Shown: one piece after another, positions 37,719 through 47,833 of the stretch
Layout: every line of letters begins with the position of its first letter
How positions within the stretch are numbered: position 1 is the stretch's first letter
IMG/VR virus record: IMGVR_UViG_3300007102_000044
Span: 40,254-104,253 of that record
Strand: one strand, 5' to 3'
From: a virus
Length of the DNA: 64,000 nt
The notes under the pieces: model-generated
The model's input: only the letters and a program-made list of their open reading frames with translations
The model's database searches: none
Told to the model about the DNA's origin: nothing
Translations under genes and position numbers: made by a program

Positions 37719-38444
37719 TTATTTTTCAACTATTAGTATCACAGTTTTAACATTTGTTCCACTACTTTGAAACATCCCCTCATCAAGTTCAATGATATGA
37801 TGATTGACCGTTTTTAACCACTCTCTAAACTCTTGAAATTTCTTAGTTGAATTGAACGTGAAACTTGAACTCATCACACTACAAACAACACCACCCTTTC
37901 TACAACAATCATACATATGTTTAAAATGTATGATATCTTGACCTTTTGTAAATGGTGGATTTGCTATAACGACATCATAAAAATTTGGTTTGTTTAGATT
38001 GAGAAAATCAGTTCCTACCATATTAAAACCTGTTTCTTCAAGTGGTTTCTTCATATCTGGGTTTAGTTCACAATAGTCAATCTGAGTATTTTTAATACCA
38101 TAATCATTTAGATGTTGTTGAACAGCTTTAATAATATCACCTTTACCAGCTGATGGTTCAAGTATAATATCATTGTCAATGATATTAATATTCTGAAGCA
38201 TAATGTCAATAACATCTTTTGGAGTTGGAAAAAATTGATATTCTTTTTTCAGGTTTCCACCACCCATAAAAGATTCAATTTGAGCTTCAGAGCCAAACAC
38301 GAAACCTTGTTCTTTTCTTGACCATTTACCACCATTTTTTTCAGCCGATTTTTTAAGATTCATATAATCTTTTCTATCAAGTTGAAATGATGGAAGTTTT
38401 ACAACTAGACCATCCATTATACACTGTTCAATTATTTCTTGCAT
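37719..38444 (-). CDS. N6-adenine-type DNA methyltransferase
   Basis: FFPTP, LEPSAGKG, NPPF. Confidence 0.85.
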   Translation of the reverse strand: MQEIIEQCIMDGLVVKLPSFQLDRKDYMNLKKSAEKNGGKWSRKEQGFVFGSEAQIESFMGGGNLKKEYQFFPTPKDVIDIMLQNINIIDNDIILEPSAGKGDIIKAVQQHLNDYGIKNTQIDYCELNPDMKKPLEETGFNMVGTDFLNLNKPNFYDVVIANPPFTKGQDIIHFKHMYDCCRKGGVVCSVMSSSFTFNSTKKFQEFREWLKTVNHHIIELDEGMFQSSGTNVKTVILIVEK

Positions 38445-38668
38445 AAGTCACCCTTTGCAATATATTCATAATCTCTAAAAACTCCTATAAGATTATCATC
38501 GTTAAAATCACCATCATATTCATAAAAAGGACAATCAATCTCATATAGAGCAAATCTTAGTTCCAAGTCCTGTGTGATATGCCAAACATCCAATACAAAT
38601 TTTTCCGCTTTAATAGCATTTTCAAATTGAACCTTTTTACCATTTTCTTCATTACATACAACAATCAT
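38432..38668 (-). CDS. hypothetical protein
   Basis: 78 aa, GGAGG SD. Confidence 0.6.
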   Translation of the reverse strand: MIVVCNEENGKKVQFENAIKAEKFVLDVWHITQDLELRFALYEIDCPFYEYDGDFNDDNLIGVFRDYEYIAKGDLCKK

Positions 38669-38680
38669 TATAAAACCTCC

Positions 38681-38824
38681 TTAATTTTTATTTGTAGCCC
38701 AGCCGTTAAACATCATCTCATATGGATGTGTATCTTTAACTGGTGTTGGTCTTGAATCAATCTCACTTTGTCTTTTATCTCTCTTTATTCTCGCTCTTTC
38801 TTTTGCATCACGATATTTCGCCAT
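38681..38824 (-). CDS. small protein (47 aa, below cutoff)
   Basis: MAKYRDAKERAR..., SD inside upstream gene end. Confidence 0.5.
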   Translation of the reverse strand: MAKYRDAKERARIKRDKRQSEIDSRPTPVKDTHPYEMMFNGWATNKN

Positions 38825-38825
38825 T

Positions 38826-39848
38826 TTAACATCCTCCTTGAAATTTATCAACTATATTATTATAATCTATACACACATCAAGACAATTCTTTTTACAAAT
38901 AGAATCACCCTTCAGTTTTTCTATATATTCTTTACGCTCTTTTCTAATTCTAATCATTTCTTCATATGGGTCATTAGTATAATCAATTTCACCAATTGCT
39001 TTACCCTGTTCCCTCATATAAATGATACATGGATAATGTTTATCAGCTAGGATTGCCATATCATCAAGCATTAGTTTGCATGAGTCACAATCACCTTCTT
39101 CAATACCTCTAACATGTCTCCCATCTTTAAAATTGTCAACACGATACTTTAAAATTGGATGTTTAGCAAGATATTTTTCATCAACATGAATATCTTTGAA
39201 CTTTTCATTCCATTGTGCAGAGCTTAGAATCCTGATATCATCGACACCAAGTTCATCTGATGCAAATGCGATAACATCATTAAATGTATTAATTGTATCT
39301 TCTGTGAATACTACTCCAACTGTTGTATATGTATGACTAGCACAAAATTTGATATTTCCAATAACTGTATCCCAGCTACCTTTAATATCACCAGCCATTT
39401 TATCACCCTCTTCAGCACAACAAGCATCAAGTGAAATACTAAAATCTGTTACACCAGCATGAATAAGTCTTTCATAAAAATATTGGTCGGCTGAACCATT
39501 AGTAGAGATAGCAATTCTATCTATTCCAACACTTTTAGCATGTTTAACAACATCAACAAGGTCATAATCAAAGAAATGTCCTTTATATTTCCACATAGTA
39601 GGCTCACCACCTGAAAATCTAACATTTCTAAGGTTATGACTACCCCACATATCAATAATAAACTTTACTTTATCCCAAGACATCATACCTTTATTTTCTT
39701 TTTCAACACCTCTACAATATGGACATTTGAAATTGCATGTATCAGTCAGAATAAGTTCACACCTCCAAAGGTCTGTTTCTGTTGATACAGATTTTGCTCT
39801 ATTATTATCCATAGTATAAAATCCGATGTCTTCAAGTCTCTCTATCAT
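38826..39848 (-). CDS. radical SAM enzyme
   Basis: CNFKCPYC, FSGGEPT, STNGS, SLD; C-terminal Cys cluster. Confidence 0.92.
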   Translation of the reverse strand: MIERLEDIGFYTMDNNRAKSVSTETDLWRCELILTDTCNFKCPYCRGVEKENKGMMSWDKVKFIIDMWGSHNLRNVRFSGGEPTMWKYKGHFFDYDLVDVVKHAKSVGIDRIAISTNGSADQYFYERLIHAGVTDFSISLDACCAEEGDKMAGDIKGSWDTVIGNIKFCASHTYTTVGVVFTEDTINTFNDVIAFASDELGVDDIRILSSAQWNEKFKDIHVDEKYLAKHPILKYRVDNFKDGRHVRGIEEGDCDSCKLMLDDMAILADKHYPCIIYMREQGKAIGEIDYTNDPYEEMIRIRKERKEYIEKLKGDSICKKNCLDVCIDYNNIVDKFQGGC

Positions 39849-40114
39849 TATAAAACCTCCTTAAATATTCTATCAAATTCATAATCAGACAAATGAAACC
39901 AAAAATGTTCACCATCTTTGTAAAACATTACTGCTTTATGATTTCTTTTAGGTCTGCAAGAGAGTATTTTTGCGTTGCAATAGGCGATTGCATACTCTCT
40001 TAGCATATGACCTTTGGCAATTAAAGCATTTGTCCTACATTCAGTAAAAAAGTCTAGTGGACTCCCAGAACGCCACCTTGACCATGTAAAACGTAATTGA
40101 TTCCAATTATCCAT
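39848..40114 (-). CDS. hypothetical protein
   Basis: 88 aa, coupled. Confidence 0.6.
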   Translation of the reverse strand: MDNWNQLRFTWSRWRSGSPLDFFTECRTNALIAKGHMLREYAIAYCNAKILSCRPKRNHKAVMFYKDGEHFWFHLSDYEFDRIFKEVL

Positions 40115-40999
40115 TTATATTTCAAATCCTTTACTATCAGTCTCATAAGCTGGAACATGAGCGGATAAATATTTAAACACGCCCATGTAATTAATCTTAG
40201 TACGACCATTATTTTTATTATCATAATACATATACATAATGTTGTCAAATAGTTTTTTAGGAATTGTTTTAGAACTCAGTTCAACAAGTTTCCTATTCCT
40301 AATAAAATTTTTCTTCAGGTCATGTTTCTTCACATACTCTTTTATACCTTCATGATATTCAGATTTGACTTTCTTATTCATCTGTTTCTGTCTATCTGGT
40401 AATAGAAATATATTATCAGGACTATGCATATTTGGCACACCGTCATCGGAATCACCAATCAGATACATTTCATTCAGATATGCATAAGGGTCATCACAGA
40501 CGATAAATTCATCTTTCATGTAATTATACTGTCTTACATTCTTATATTTTTGAAGCTGTTGAAAGTCTTTATCTCTGGATATAATAACTATATCATCAAA
40601 TTCATTATGCAACTCTTCAACAAGCGCACCTATTACATCATCACCTTCAGCCTTTTTAACCTTTACAACATTATAAGGAAAATATTTATCAAGTGCTGTA
40701 AGGATATTATCCATTGACTCTTTCATAAGTTCATATGTGAGCGGGTCTTCCTTTTTCTTTTGATTACGTTTATATTTGTAATACTCATAGAAATCATACC
40801 GCCATGAACCATCATCACAACAGACAACAAATTCATCGATTGGTAAAAACTTAGCTATATACTGCTTAATATGAGTCATAACAATGTAAGCATGATAATC
40901 CATTTTATCATCATGTGCTATAGTCTTTTCATTTTTTACCGCACCATGCCAATCTGAATGAGCAATAGCACTAAAGTCAAGTAATACTATTCTTTTCAA
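40115..40999 (-). CDS. rnh: T4-type RNase H / 5'-3' flap exonuclease
   Basis: LLDFS, WR...Y..YK..R, EGDDVIG, SRDKDFQQL, GDSDDGVPN. Confidence 0.92.
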   Translation of the reverse strand: MKRIVLLDFSAIAHSDWHGAVKNEKTIAHDDKMDYHAYIVMTHIKQYIAKFLPIDEFVVCCDDGSWRYDFYEYYKYKRNQKKKEDPLTYELMKESMDNILTALDKYFPYNVVKVKKAEGDDVIGALVEELHNEFDDIVIISRDKDFQQLQKYKNVRQYNYMKDEFIVCDDPYAYLNEMYLIGDSDDGVPNMHSPDNIFLLPDRQKQMNKKVKSEYHEGIKEYVKKHDLKKNFIRNRKLVELSSKTIPKKLFDNIMYMYYDNKNNGRTKINYMGVFKYLSAHVPAYETDSKGFEI

Positions 41000-41002
41000 T
41001 TT

Positions 41003-42115
41003 TTATCCCACCTCTTTAAGCTTATCAAAGAAATATCTTTTAGCTTTATTTTGAATATATTTACCAATATGTTTCATTTCTAAACCAGATTCAGAAATTA
41101 CATCAGCTTCTTCAATTCTAATATCGTTTACAACCCATCTAATATAATCACCAATTTGTTTAATGTCAATATCATTTCCAATACCAAATATTTGTTGAAT
41201 ACCTTGTTCCATTCTATCTTCAGTACAATATGTTTCAATGAACTCTGTAATATTTTTCATTTGTTCAATGTCGATATTTGATACTCTTGTTTTCTTAGAT
41301 TTTTGAGGGGTTTTAGTATGTTTATCACCCTTTGTTTTAAAGATAAACCTTTCATTTTTATACCATGCAATCCAGACAATACCTTCACCAATTGTCATTG
41401 GAAGTTCGACATTATCATGGTCAGCAACAAAAGATGCAACGGGGCAATTTTCTTCTACCTCAAGAGTCTTTTCATCCATGTATTCTTGACAAGCTTCAAC
41501 ATTATTAATATTGAAAACAAATTCATAATTTGTGAATTGTTTAATATTGAACATCCGAATTGTGTTATATTTGTCAAGATGCTGAAAACATGTATTGAAC
41601 ATTTTTTCATCTATCCAACGTGACACAGTATTTCCATCTTCTATAGTGGTCATTTTCATATTGAATACCATTAAAAACTTATCGAGACTGTTCACAGCAA
41701 CACCATTTTGAATACCTTTACCAGTCCATTCACCATATATAGTAAATATTTCTTTTGGTTTAACTATATTAAGGTCTGTAAAAGTTTGCCTAATCTCTCT
41801 GAATGTTTCATAATTTGCAATTACATAATCTTCAAAGTTTGCATTACCACTTTTAATCTTTACATCATTGTCAGGGCTGATTTCAACTAGGATATTTTCT
41901 TTAGACATTCCAATAACCACCCCATCAGGATGTATAGAAATACCAGCGTTTGTACCATGCACTTTCGGGCTTCCTATTACTTTAACATCAGGATATTCAG
42001 CTGGTGAATAAATGATTGGATAACCATTCTCATCCATCCCTTGAAAATCCATACACTTCTTTATATTACTATAGAAATCTCTAAATTTTGGTGTTTTACC
42101 ATATTTGAGCATCAT
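41003..42115 (-). CDS. rnlB: RNA ligase 2-like
   Basis: KVHGTN, YGEW.GKGIQ, FN, GEGIVW, FKTK. Confidence 0.8.
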   Translation of the reverse strand: MMLKYGKTPKFRDFYSNIKKCMDFQGMDENGYPIIYSPAEYPDVKVIGSPKVHGTNAGISIHPDGVVIGMSKENILVEISPDNDVKIKSGNANFEDYVIANYETFREIRQTFTDLNIVKPKEIFTIYGEWTGKGIQNGVAVNSLDKFLMVFNMKMTTIEDGNTVSRWIDEKMFNTCFQHLDKYNTIRMFNIKQFTNYEFVFNINNVEACQEYMDEKTLEVEENCPVASFVADHDNVELPMTIGEGIVWIAWYKNERFIFKTKGDKHTKTPQKSKKTRVSNIDIEQMKNITEFIETYCTEDRMEQGIQQIFGIGNDIDIKQIGDYIRWVVNDIRIEEADVISESGLEMKHIGKYIQNKAKRYFFDKLKEVG

Positions 42116-42414
42116 ATCATTATCCTCCTATTTTGTTCATTTAACCAATCTAACCTTTTATCAATTTCATCCAATCTTTTTTTAAGTTTATATTTTTCAT
42201 CATTCAGGACTCTAGTTGTTGTTTTAACTAAATTTATATCGGAAAAACATCTATTATTATCCCAAGCCTTGCATGATTCACAGTTAACAAAATAGGTATC
42301 ATTATAACTGGAATATTTAGTTTGTATATTTGGATTATCACAACATGGGTCAATATATACTGATTCTCCATACCATTTATCATTCGTGATTTGTATTTTA
42401 TTCCTCATCATCAC
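42112..42414 (-). CDS. hypothetical protein
   Basis: 100 aa, CC...CESC. Confidence 0.6.
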   Translation of the reverse strand: MMMRNKIQITNDKWYGESVYIDPCCDNPNIQTKYSSYNDTYFVNCESCKAWDNNRCFSDINLVKTTTRVLNDEKYKLKKRLDEIDKRLDWLNEQNRRIMI

Positions 42415-43385
42415 CTCTCTAAAAATTGTTCATGTATATCTATACAAAGTTGGTTAACCTTATCATAATTTGGTTTACTTGGCAATTCACTTTTTTCATA
42501 CGCTCTATTAAACACATCATCAAAAAATTCACCAATTTCCATCACTTCATTTAGTTTATACTTACCTGTCTTAATATCCATAAGCAAGTCATGGTGTCTA
42601 AGTGGGAACTGTAGAGAACCAGTTTCAAAAAGTTCAATACCCTCTAAAAACAGCCTTATATAATGATGGCAAAATTTTAGGTCATATCCATGTTGCAACC
42701 ACCCTTCCTTTCGATGTGAAGCTTTTGATAGCCTCTCATCTATCATTTTATACGCTTTCTTAACCATTACATGTTTCTGAAAGTTTAAATCACCACATTT
42801 AACATGGTCTTTCTTATCCTCAAAAACAGGTTTCTCATTTTCATTATTATACATATGATTCAGAAATCTTTCATTCCCAATCATTTCTTTAGCATCAAGC
42901 TCAAGCCATTTTTCAAGTATTTCTTTACCTTCCATCAACTCTTTCAGATTATCAGGCTTCACAAGCATTTTCTTTTGTTGTGATATAGCATAACCACCAA
43001 ACCTATGTTTAATAAGTTTAGATGGAAATATATGTTTATTATCAAGTATCATTTGACCAAGAGTATCTTTATATATAATATTACTCTCATTAACGAATAC
43101 TTGTTCGATTATATTTGGATTGCACTCCATTGCAAGTTTTAGAAACTTTTGAGCGGTATACATCTTTCTATCAACTGCATTTGCATCATTTCTACCATCT
43201 GGCGATTTGGATTCAATTGATAGGTCTACTTCCTCAATATTCTGAAAACCATATATAAATTCTTTATCAGGTATGAAAACACCAGCAAAGTCTAAATCTG
43301 ATTCAGGTGTTGCAAGTCCATACAGATGTGAACCCACCATATATTCAAGTATTTTATTGTTTTCAACCATTTGTGGTTTGTTCAT
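42411..43385 (-). CDS. Pol-beta-superfamily nucleotidyltransferase (RlaP-like)
   Basis: VGSHLYGLATPESDLD..GVF, NPNIIE, KFCHHYIRL. Confidence 0.85.
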   Translation of the reverse strand: MNKPQMVENNKILEYMVGSHLYGLATPESDLDFAGVFIPDKEFIYGFQNIEEVDLSIESKSPDGRNDANAVDRKMYTAQKFLKLAMECNPNIIEQVFVNESNIIYKDTLGQMILDNKHIFPSKLIKHRFGGYAISQQKKMLVKPDNLKELMEGKEILEKWLELDAKEMIGNERFLNHMYNNENEKPVFEDKKDHVKCGDLNFQKHVMVKKAYKMIDERLSKASHRKEGWLQHGYDLKFCHHYIRLFLEGIELFETGSLQFPLRHHDLLMDIKTGKYKLNEVMEIGEFFDDVFNRAYEKSELPSKPNYDKVNQLCIDIHEQFLER

Positions 43386-43585
43386 CTCAATCCTCTACCA
43401 TCTTTTATACTGAATTTACTCTGTAAGTCTAGTTTAACCCCTATATCCTGAATCTTTTTTATACAGGATACACAAACATCATCAGTTTTACACTCGTATT
43501 CGCCCTTGTTAATTATTATGGTGTAACTTGCATCACCATCATTAATTATTGCATCACATACATCACAATGTCTTTTGCTACTCAT
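43382..43585 (-). CDS. small Zn-finger protein
   Basis: CDVC...DVCVSC. Confidence 0.6.
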   Translation of the reverse strand: MSSKRHCDVCDAIINDGDASYTIIINKGEYECKTDDVCVSCIKKIQDIGVKLDLQSKFSIKDGRGLR

Positions 43586-43878
43586 TAGATATCCTCCTTA
43601 ACTTCAGTAACATTACACATGTTATCAAGTATATATTCAATACTTTCCCTACATTTCAGTATAGAATTAGTTGTTATATCAATAATATAATCTGATATCA
43701 TAAAAAATTTATTCTCATCTAATCTATAATCACCGTTTGGCAATTTCCATGTGATGTTTTCAAGTCTATAAACATCCTTTCTTATGTAGAATATTTTGTT
43801 AAACTTTTTAACCTTTATATACATGTTTTGTTCTCTTTCTAACCTGTCTAAATATTGCTCAACATTTTCCTTTAACAT
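43585..43878 (-). CDS. hypothetical protein
   Basis: Start moved to MLKEN (GGGGA SD). Confidence 0.55.
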   Translation of the reverse strand: MLKENVEQYLDRLEREQNMYIKVKKFNKIFYIRKDVYRLENITWKLPNGDYRLDENKFFMISDYIIDITTNSILKCRESIEYILDNMCNVTEVKEDI

Positions 43879-43894
43879 TATTTTTTTATCCCCC

Positions 43895-44902
43895 TTACCA
43901 TATATCACAACCGAGTTCTTTTTCCGCATCCTCTTTTAAGAAAGTGACATATTCGTTTTTTAATCTCAATTCATCCATTTTACCCTTTACACTAAATATG
44001 ATATAAAAATTATCATATCTTAAAAGTATAAGAGTTTGGTTTTCAGGCATATTCTTCATTAAAAAGTGGTATTGCAGATATATTCTTGTATCTGGTGTGC
44101 CATGATGTAAATATTGTGTATCATCATCTACATTAGAGTATGCAACAAAAATCTCGGCACTTACTCGACATTGTAATTTACTCTCGATAATGTTGTAAAT
44201 ATTTCCACCATCACTTTTAATTTTTTCTATACCTCTAATAATATTGTCTTCATTGCTTACTTTCCTAATAACTTCTTTGTATCTAGGAACATTATATATA
44301 GAAATCTGACTTGGTTTACAAATCTTTGATTTTCCTTTTATAAACCTATCCATTGTAGATATCAAGGTGTCATTATAATAATCTTCACTTTTAAACGGGT
44401 CGTAATATGATTTAATATAATTAAACATATCATTAACATCTTCAAAGATAAATGGAGTTCTACTAATAGGCGTTTCAGATGGAAAATCATCTATTGAAAT
44501 TTCATCCTTTGTTGTATAAACAGCTATTGAAAAAATTGGATATTTTTTTGAAAAATGAGCCAGTTCATCCTCGTATATAACAGCATATACTGAAATACCC
44601 TTCTTTTTTGTTGAGTATATCTTTAACAGGTTTTGTTGGATGTTCCTCTCTTGATTATCATTTATATAAACATAACTTTTATTGTTTAATGAAATATGTT
44701 CGTACAAATTTTTATTTTTAATCATGTTATCTATGTATCCAGATAAATCTGATACATTTGTAATATCCAAAACCATTGCTATTGCAGTATCTTCAAATGT
44801 TTTTATAATTTCATCTTTAGATACTAGCGTACTTCTAGCTTCTTCTGAGAACACATTGTCCTTATCATAAATATCACCCGATTTGAAATGTCTTACATTC
44901 AT
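43895..44902 (-). CDS. hypothetical protein
   Basis: 335 aa, own promoter. Confidence 0.7.
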   Translation of the reverse strand: MNVRHFKSGDIYDKDNVFSEEARSTLVSKDEIIKTFEDTAIAMVLDITNVSDLSGYIDNMIKNKNLYEHISLNNKSYVYINDNQERNIQQNLLKIYSTKKKGISVYAVIYEDELAHFSKKYPIFSIAVYTTKDEISIDDFPSETPISRTPFIFEDVNDMFNYIKSYYDPFKSEDYYNDTLISTMDRFIKGKSKICKPSQISIYNVPRYKEVIRKVSNEDNIIRGIEKIKSDGGNIYNIIESKLQCRVSAEIFVAYSNVDDDTQYLHHGTPDTRIYLQYHFLMKNMPENQTLILLRYDNFYIIFSVKGKMDELRLKNEYVTFLKEDAEKELGCDIW

Positions 44903-44932
44903 AATTTTTTACCTCATGTTTTATTATACCTA

Positions 44933-44960
44933 AGTATAACATATAATATATTCATGTCAA
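44933..44960 (-). promoter_or_regulatory. sigma70-type promoter
   Basis: TTGACA-16-TATACT. Confidence 0.7.
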
Positions 44961-45259
44961 GACATTTTTATTATTTTTATTATTCTTATTGCAATCATGA
45001 CAATTGGTGTTGCTCCTATTATAGCTAAAACAAAACTGATTATTTTAGCTTTTTTAGTATCTTTATTATCATCAAGCCACATTAATGTCATGATACCCCA
45101 CACTGCCCACGGGACAATTAAAATTAGAAACATCAAAAATGCGTCACATCCTTTAGCTCCGTCAAAATCTGCGCTTGTCGGTTTAAACATTCCCATTTTT
45201 ATAAACACCATAATAGACACAATATGAAAGACTATATAAAGTATATCTAGTTTAATCAT
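44957..45259 (-). CDS. three-TM membrane protein
   Basis: Three hydrophobic segments. Confidence 0.65.
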   Translation of the reverse strand: MIKLDILYIVFHIVSIMVFIKMGMFKPTSADFDGAKGCDAFLMFLILIVPWAVWGIMTLMWLDDNKDTKKAKIISFVLAIIGATPIVMIAIRIIKIIKMS

Positions 45260-45881
45260 TTCCCATCACCATTTTTTCTATTTCAATTCTTAATCTTTCA
45301 GCAGGAGTATGAAGCATCATATTCTCAAAGTAAGTTCTACATGCTTTCAAAGATTTCTTATCAGGTGTAAATCCTTTACCTATAAATCTGTAAAATCGTG
45401 CAACCCTGAGATAATCTTCTTGAATTCTATCCTTTGGATTACCCACAAATCTAAGTATTCTATTTTCAATATCTTTTATACCTTGATTAAGAGGGTCTAT
45501 GATTATATCTGTGAATGGTTCATAATAAAGTGCATTACACGTGAAATCACGCCTTTCAGCATCTTCATATATAGTACCGATTTCAACCGTTTCTGGTCTT
45601 CTTCCATCTGCATAACAACCATCTTTTCTAAAGTTAGCAATTTCAAACATTTCCCCATTTTTGGAAACATTCATAACAAGAAAATTTTTACCAGTTGCAT
45701 CAACTTTCCAACCGTTGTCAGTAAAAGATTGCTCAATAATATCCATTTGAACATCTGTAACAATATCCCAATCATGGGGAACTTTACCTAACAGTTTATC
45801 ACGGACACAACCACCAACAAGATAGTTGTGATTAGAATGATTTTTAAGAATCATTAGAACTTGTAAAAGTGTGTTGTTCAT
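45252..45881 (-). CDS. cca: minimal class II CCA-adding enzyme (head/neck only)
   Basis: VGGCVRD, DWDIVT, RRDFTCNA, FVG, EDYLR. Confidence 0.85.
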   Translation of the reverse strand: MNNTLLQVLMILKNHSNHNYLVGGCVRDKLLGKVPHDWDIVTDVQMDIIEQSFTDNGWKVDATGKNFLVMNVSKNGEMFEIANFRKDGCYADGRRPETVEIGTIYEDAERRDFTCNALYYEPFTDIIIDPLNQGIKDIENRILRFVGNPKDRIQEDYLRVARFYRFIGKGFTPDKKSLKACRTYFENMMLHTPAERLRIEIEKMVMGND

Positions 45882-46099
45882 AATCTACCTTCTCGCTTCA
45901 GTTTATTGCAAATGATTAATTCATCATTTGTTTTTGGTTTGGGACATTCTTCAAGTGGTTTTAAACTACCACTCATGTTTTTATATATTTTACCATTTGA
46001 AGTTTTTAAATCAACACTAACCCAAGCGGTTTCAAATCCTAAATCACATTTATCCAAATTATAATGTAATGCTTTGCATCCATAACATGTTCTTTTCAT
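45878..46099 (-). CDS. small Cys-containing protein
   Basis: CYGCKA..C..CPKP. Confidence 0.6.
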   Translation of the reverse strand: MKRTCYGCKALHYNLDKCDLGFETAWVSVDLKTSNGKIYKNMSGSLKPLEECPKPKTNDELIICNKLKREGRL

Positions 46100-46109
46100 A
46101 ATATATCCT

Positions 46110-46304
46110 CTATTTCGCTAATATTCTTACTATATCTATAAATTGTTCACTGGTGATATCAAGTTTATTACCCCCGTCCATAGTAATAATTCCTTCATAT
46201 GGATAACAATCCCCTTTTGGTTTTGCGGATATGACAAAATTATCTTGATTGAGTCTATATTTCCATTTATTGGCGTGTTCAATTGCTTCTTGAAATGTCA
46301 TCAT
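46110..46304 (-). CDS. early hypothetical protein
   Basis: 64 aa, own promoter. Confidence 0.6.
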   Translation of the reverse strand: MMTFQEAIEHANKWKYRLNQDNFVISAKPKGDCYPYEGIITMDGGNKLDITSEQFIDIVRILAK

Positions 46305-46338
46305 AATCTACCCTCTGTTTAATTGACCTTACATAATA

Positions 46339-46367
46339 AACATACTACATAAGGTCAATCATGTCAA
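46339..46367 (-). promoter_or_regulatory. sigma70-type promoter within inverted repeat
   Basis: TTGACA-17-TATGTT. Confidence 0.75.
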
Positions 46368-46374
46368 CATCTTT

Positions 46375-46911
46375 TTAATCTTTTTTATAATTTTTTGACC
46401 ATTTACCATAAAGTGTCACACTAGGTTTCACACTTTCAAAAACAAATGTTCTGTTTCCTCTACCTCTAAGTTTAGTATAGAATTGAGAAACTTTATCTGG
46501 TTTAAGTCCACCAGATAGTTTTTCTTTACTACCATTTTTAAAAAGTAGATAAACATTATCCTTTGATTCTTTTACAAATATCGCATCTTGGTTATATTTG
46601 TTTGCAAGTTCATGTGCAAGTTTAATCAGTTTATCCTTTTCTGAAGCATCAGCAGTTACAAATATTGAATCTTCGCTTACTTCAACTTCATCAGCAGTAC
46701 CTTGATTTTCAACCCAGAACCCATCAACAAATACATAACCAAACCCAGCGTTTTTAAGCTGTGATGCAATGGCTTTATTTGCTTGTATATTCTCTTTGTT
46801 AGATTTCTCATCTCTGAAACCTGTCATAATAACAACCGCTCTATCAGATTTGAAATGATTCCAAACCCTACTAAGTGTTACCTCATTAAATACATTAAGT
46901 ACATCTTCCAT
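46375..46911 (-). CDS. putative internal head protein
   Basis: VFNE leader; SRV..H, N..L...L...GFG, E.S.FV, KYNQDAI. Confidence 0.6.
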   Translation of the reverse strand: MEDVLNVFNEVTLSRVWNHFKSDRAVVIMTGFRDEKSNKENIQANKAIASQLKNAGFGYVFVDGFWVENQGTADEVEVSEDSIFVTADASEKDKLIKLAHELANKYNQDAIFVKESKDNVYLLFKNGSKEKLSGGLKPDKVSQFYTKLRGRGNRTFVFESVKPSVTLYGKWSKNYKKD

Positions 46912-46923
46912 TTCACTACCTCA

Positions 46924-47532
46924 TTAATCTATTTCAATCAGTTCAAAGGAATTTACAAAATTCCATACTTTTGAATCTTCATAGTAAAATGAAAATTCAT
47001 ACTCTTCATCAAATATATCTCTGACTTTGAATGTGTTATCCCCATTAGGGATTACAGATTCAGCCAGTGTATTATCAACAGATATATCTTCCATATACTG
47101 TATAAACTCTTTTGAAACCCATGCATTTTCAAAGGCTTCAACTGTTATAAGCTCTGTGTCTGGTTTTGGATTCTTTCTACCTCTTGGAAGAAAGGTCACA
47201 ACTATAAAATGTCTCTTATCATTAATCTTGTTATAATCTTTACGGTATCCAACAACGATACCTTGATTCATACTCTTACTAAAGATTAGATAAGTTCCAT
47301 CTTTATCAGTATATGAGCTACCCTTTTCAAGAAACCCTTTAATGATTTTGCTGTATAGTTCAACAAGTTCATCTTCAGTTAGCTCATTACGCTCTATGAC
47401 TCTTTGTGATGCGTGTTTGGTATCAATTATATACCTACTCTTAAGTTTGAAAATATATTCGTTTTTAAAGAGTAGTTTATTTTTACCTTCATTAATCACA
47501 TCATTAAAGATGTCTACAAAATTTGTATTCAT
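46924..47532 (-). CDS. putative internal head protein, BECR/RelE-like
   Basis: FVDIFNDVINE leader; TKHASQRVIER. Confidence 0.5.
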   Translation of the reverse strand: MNTNFVDIFNDVINEGKNKLLFKNEYIFKLKSRYIIDTKHASQRVIERNELTEDELVELYSKIIKGFLEKGSSYTDKDGTYLIFSKSMNQGIVVGYRKDYNKINDKRHFIVVTFLPRGRKNPKPDTELITVEAFENAWVSKEFIQYMEDISVDNTLAESVIPNGDNTFKVRDIFDEEYEFSFYYEDSKVWNFVNSFELIEID

Positions 47533-47540
47533 GCTTTACC

Positions 47541-47783
47541 TCATTTACTCAGTGAATTTTTACCTTTATACCATCTAAATTTAACCATTATTTCAAATAC
47601 ACATCCTTTTATTTGAAAATAGTTTTCAAATTCATAATATGATATAAGGTCTGAAAACCCATCAACTGTGTATTTTTCTATAGCCAAACTTACAAATTTA
47701 TAATAATTACCAGATTTATACAATCTAAATAATTCTCTAAATTCCACTGATTCATAAATTTCTATAATATTTTCTCTTTTCAT
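47541..47783 (-). CDS. hypothetical protein
   Basis: 80 aa after sigma70 promoter. Confidence 0.6.
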   Translation of the reverse strand: MKRENIIEIYESVEFRELFRLYKSGNYYKFVSLAIEKYTVDGFSDLISYYEFENYFQIKGCVFEIMVKFRWYKGKNSLSK

Positions 47784-47804
47784 AATAATACCTCACTTGA
47801 TAAA

Positions 47805-47833
47805 AGTGTACAATATATCTTATTTCATGTCAA
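47805..47833 (-). promoter_or_regulatory. sigma70-type promoter
   Basis: TTGACA-17-TACACT. Confidence 0.75.
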
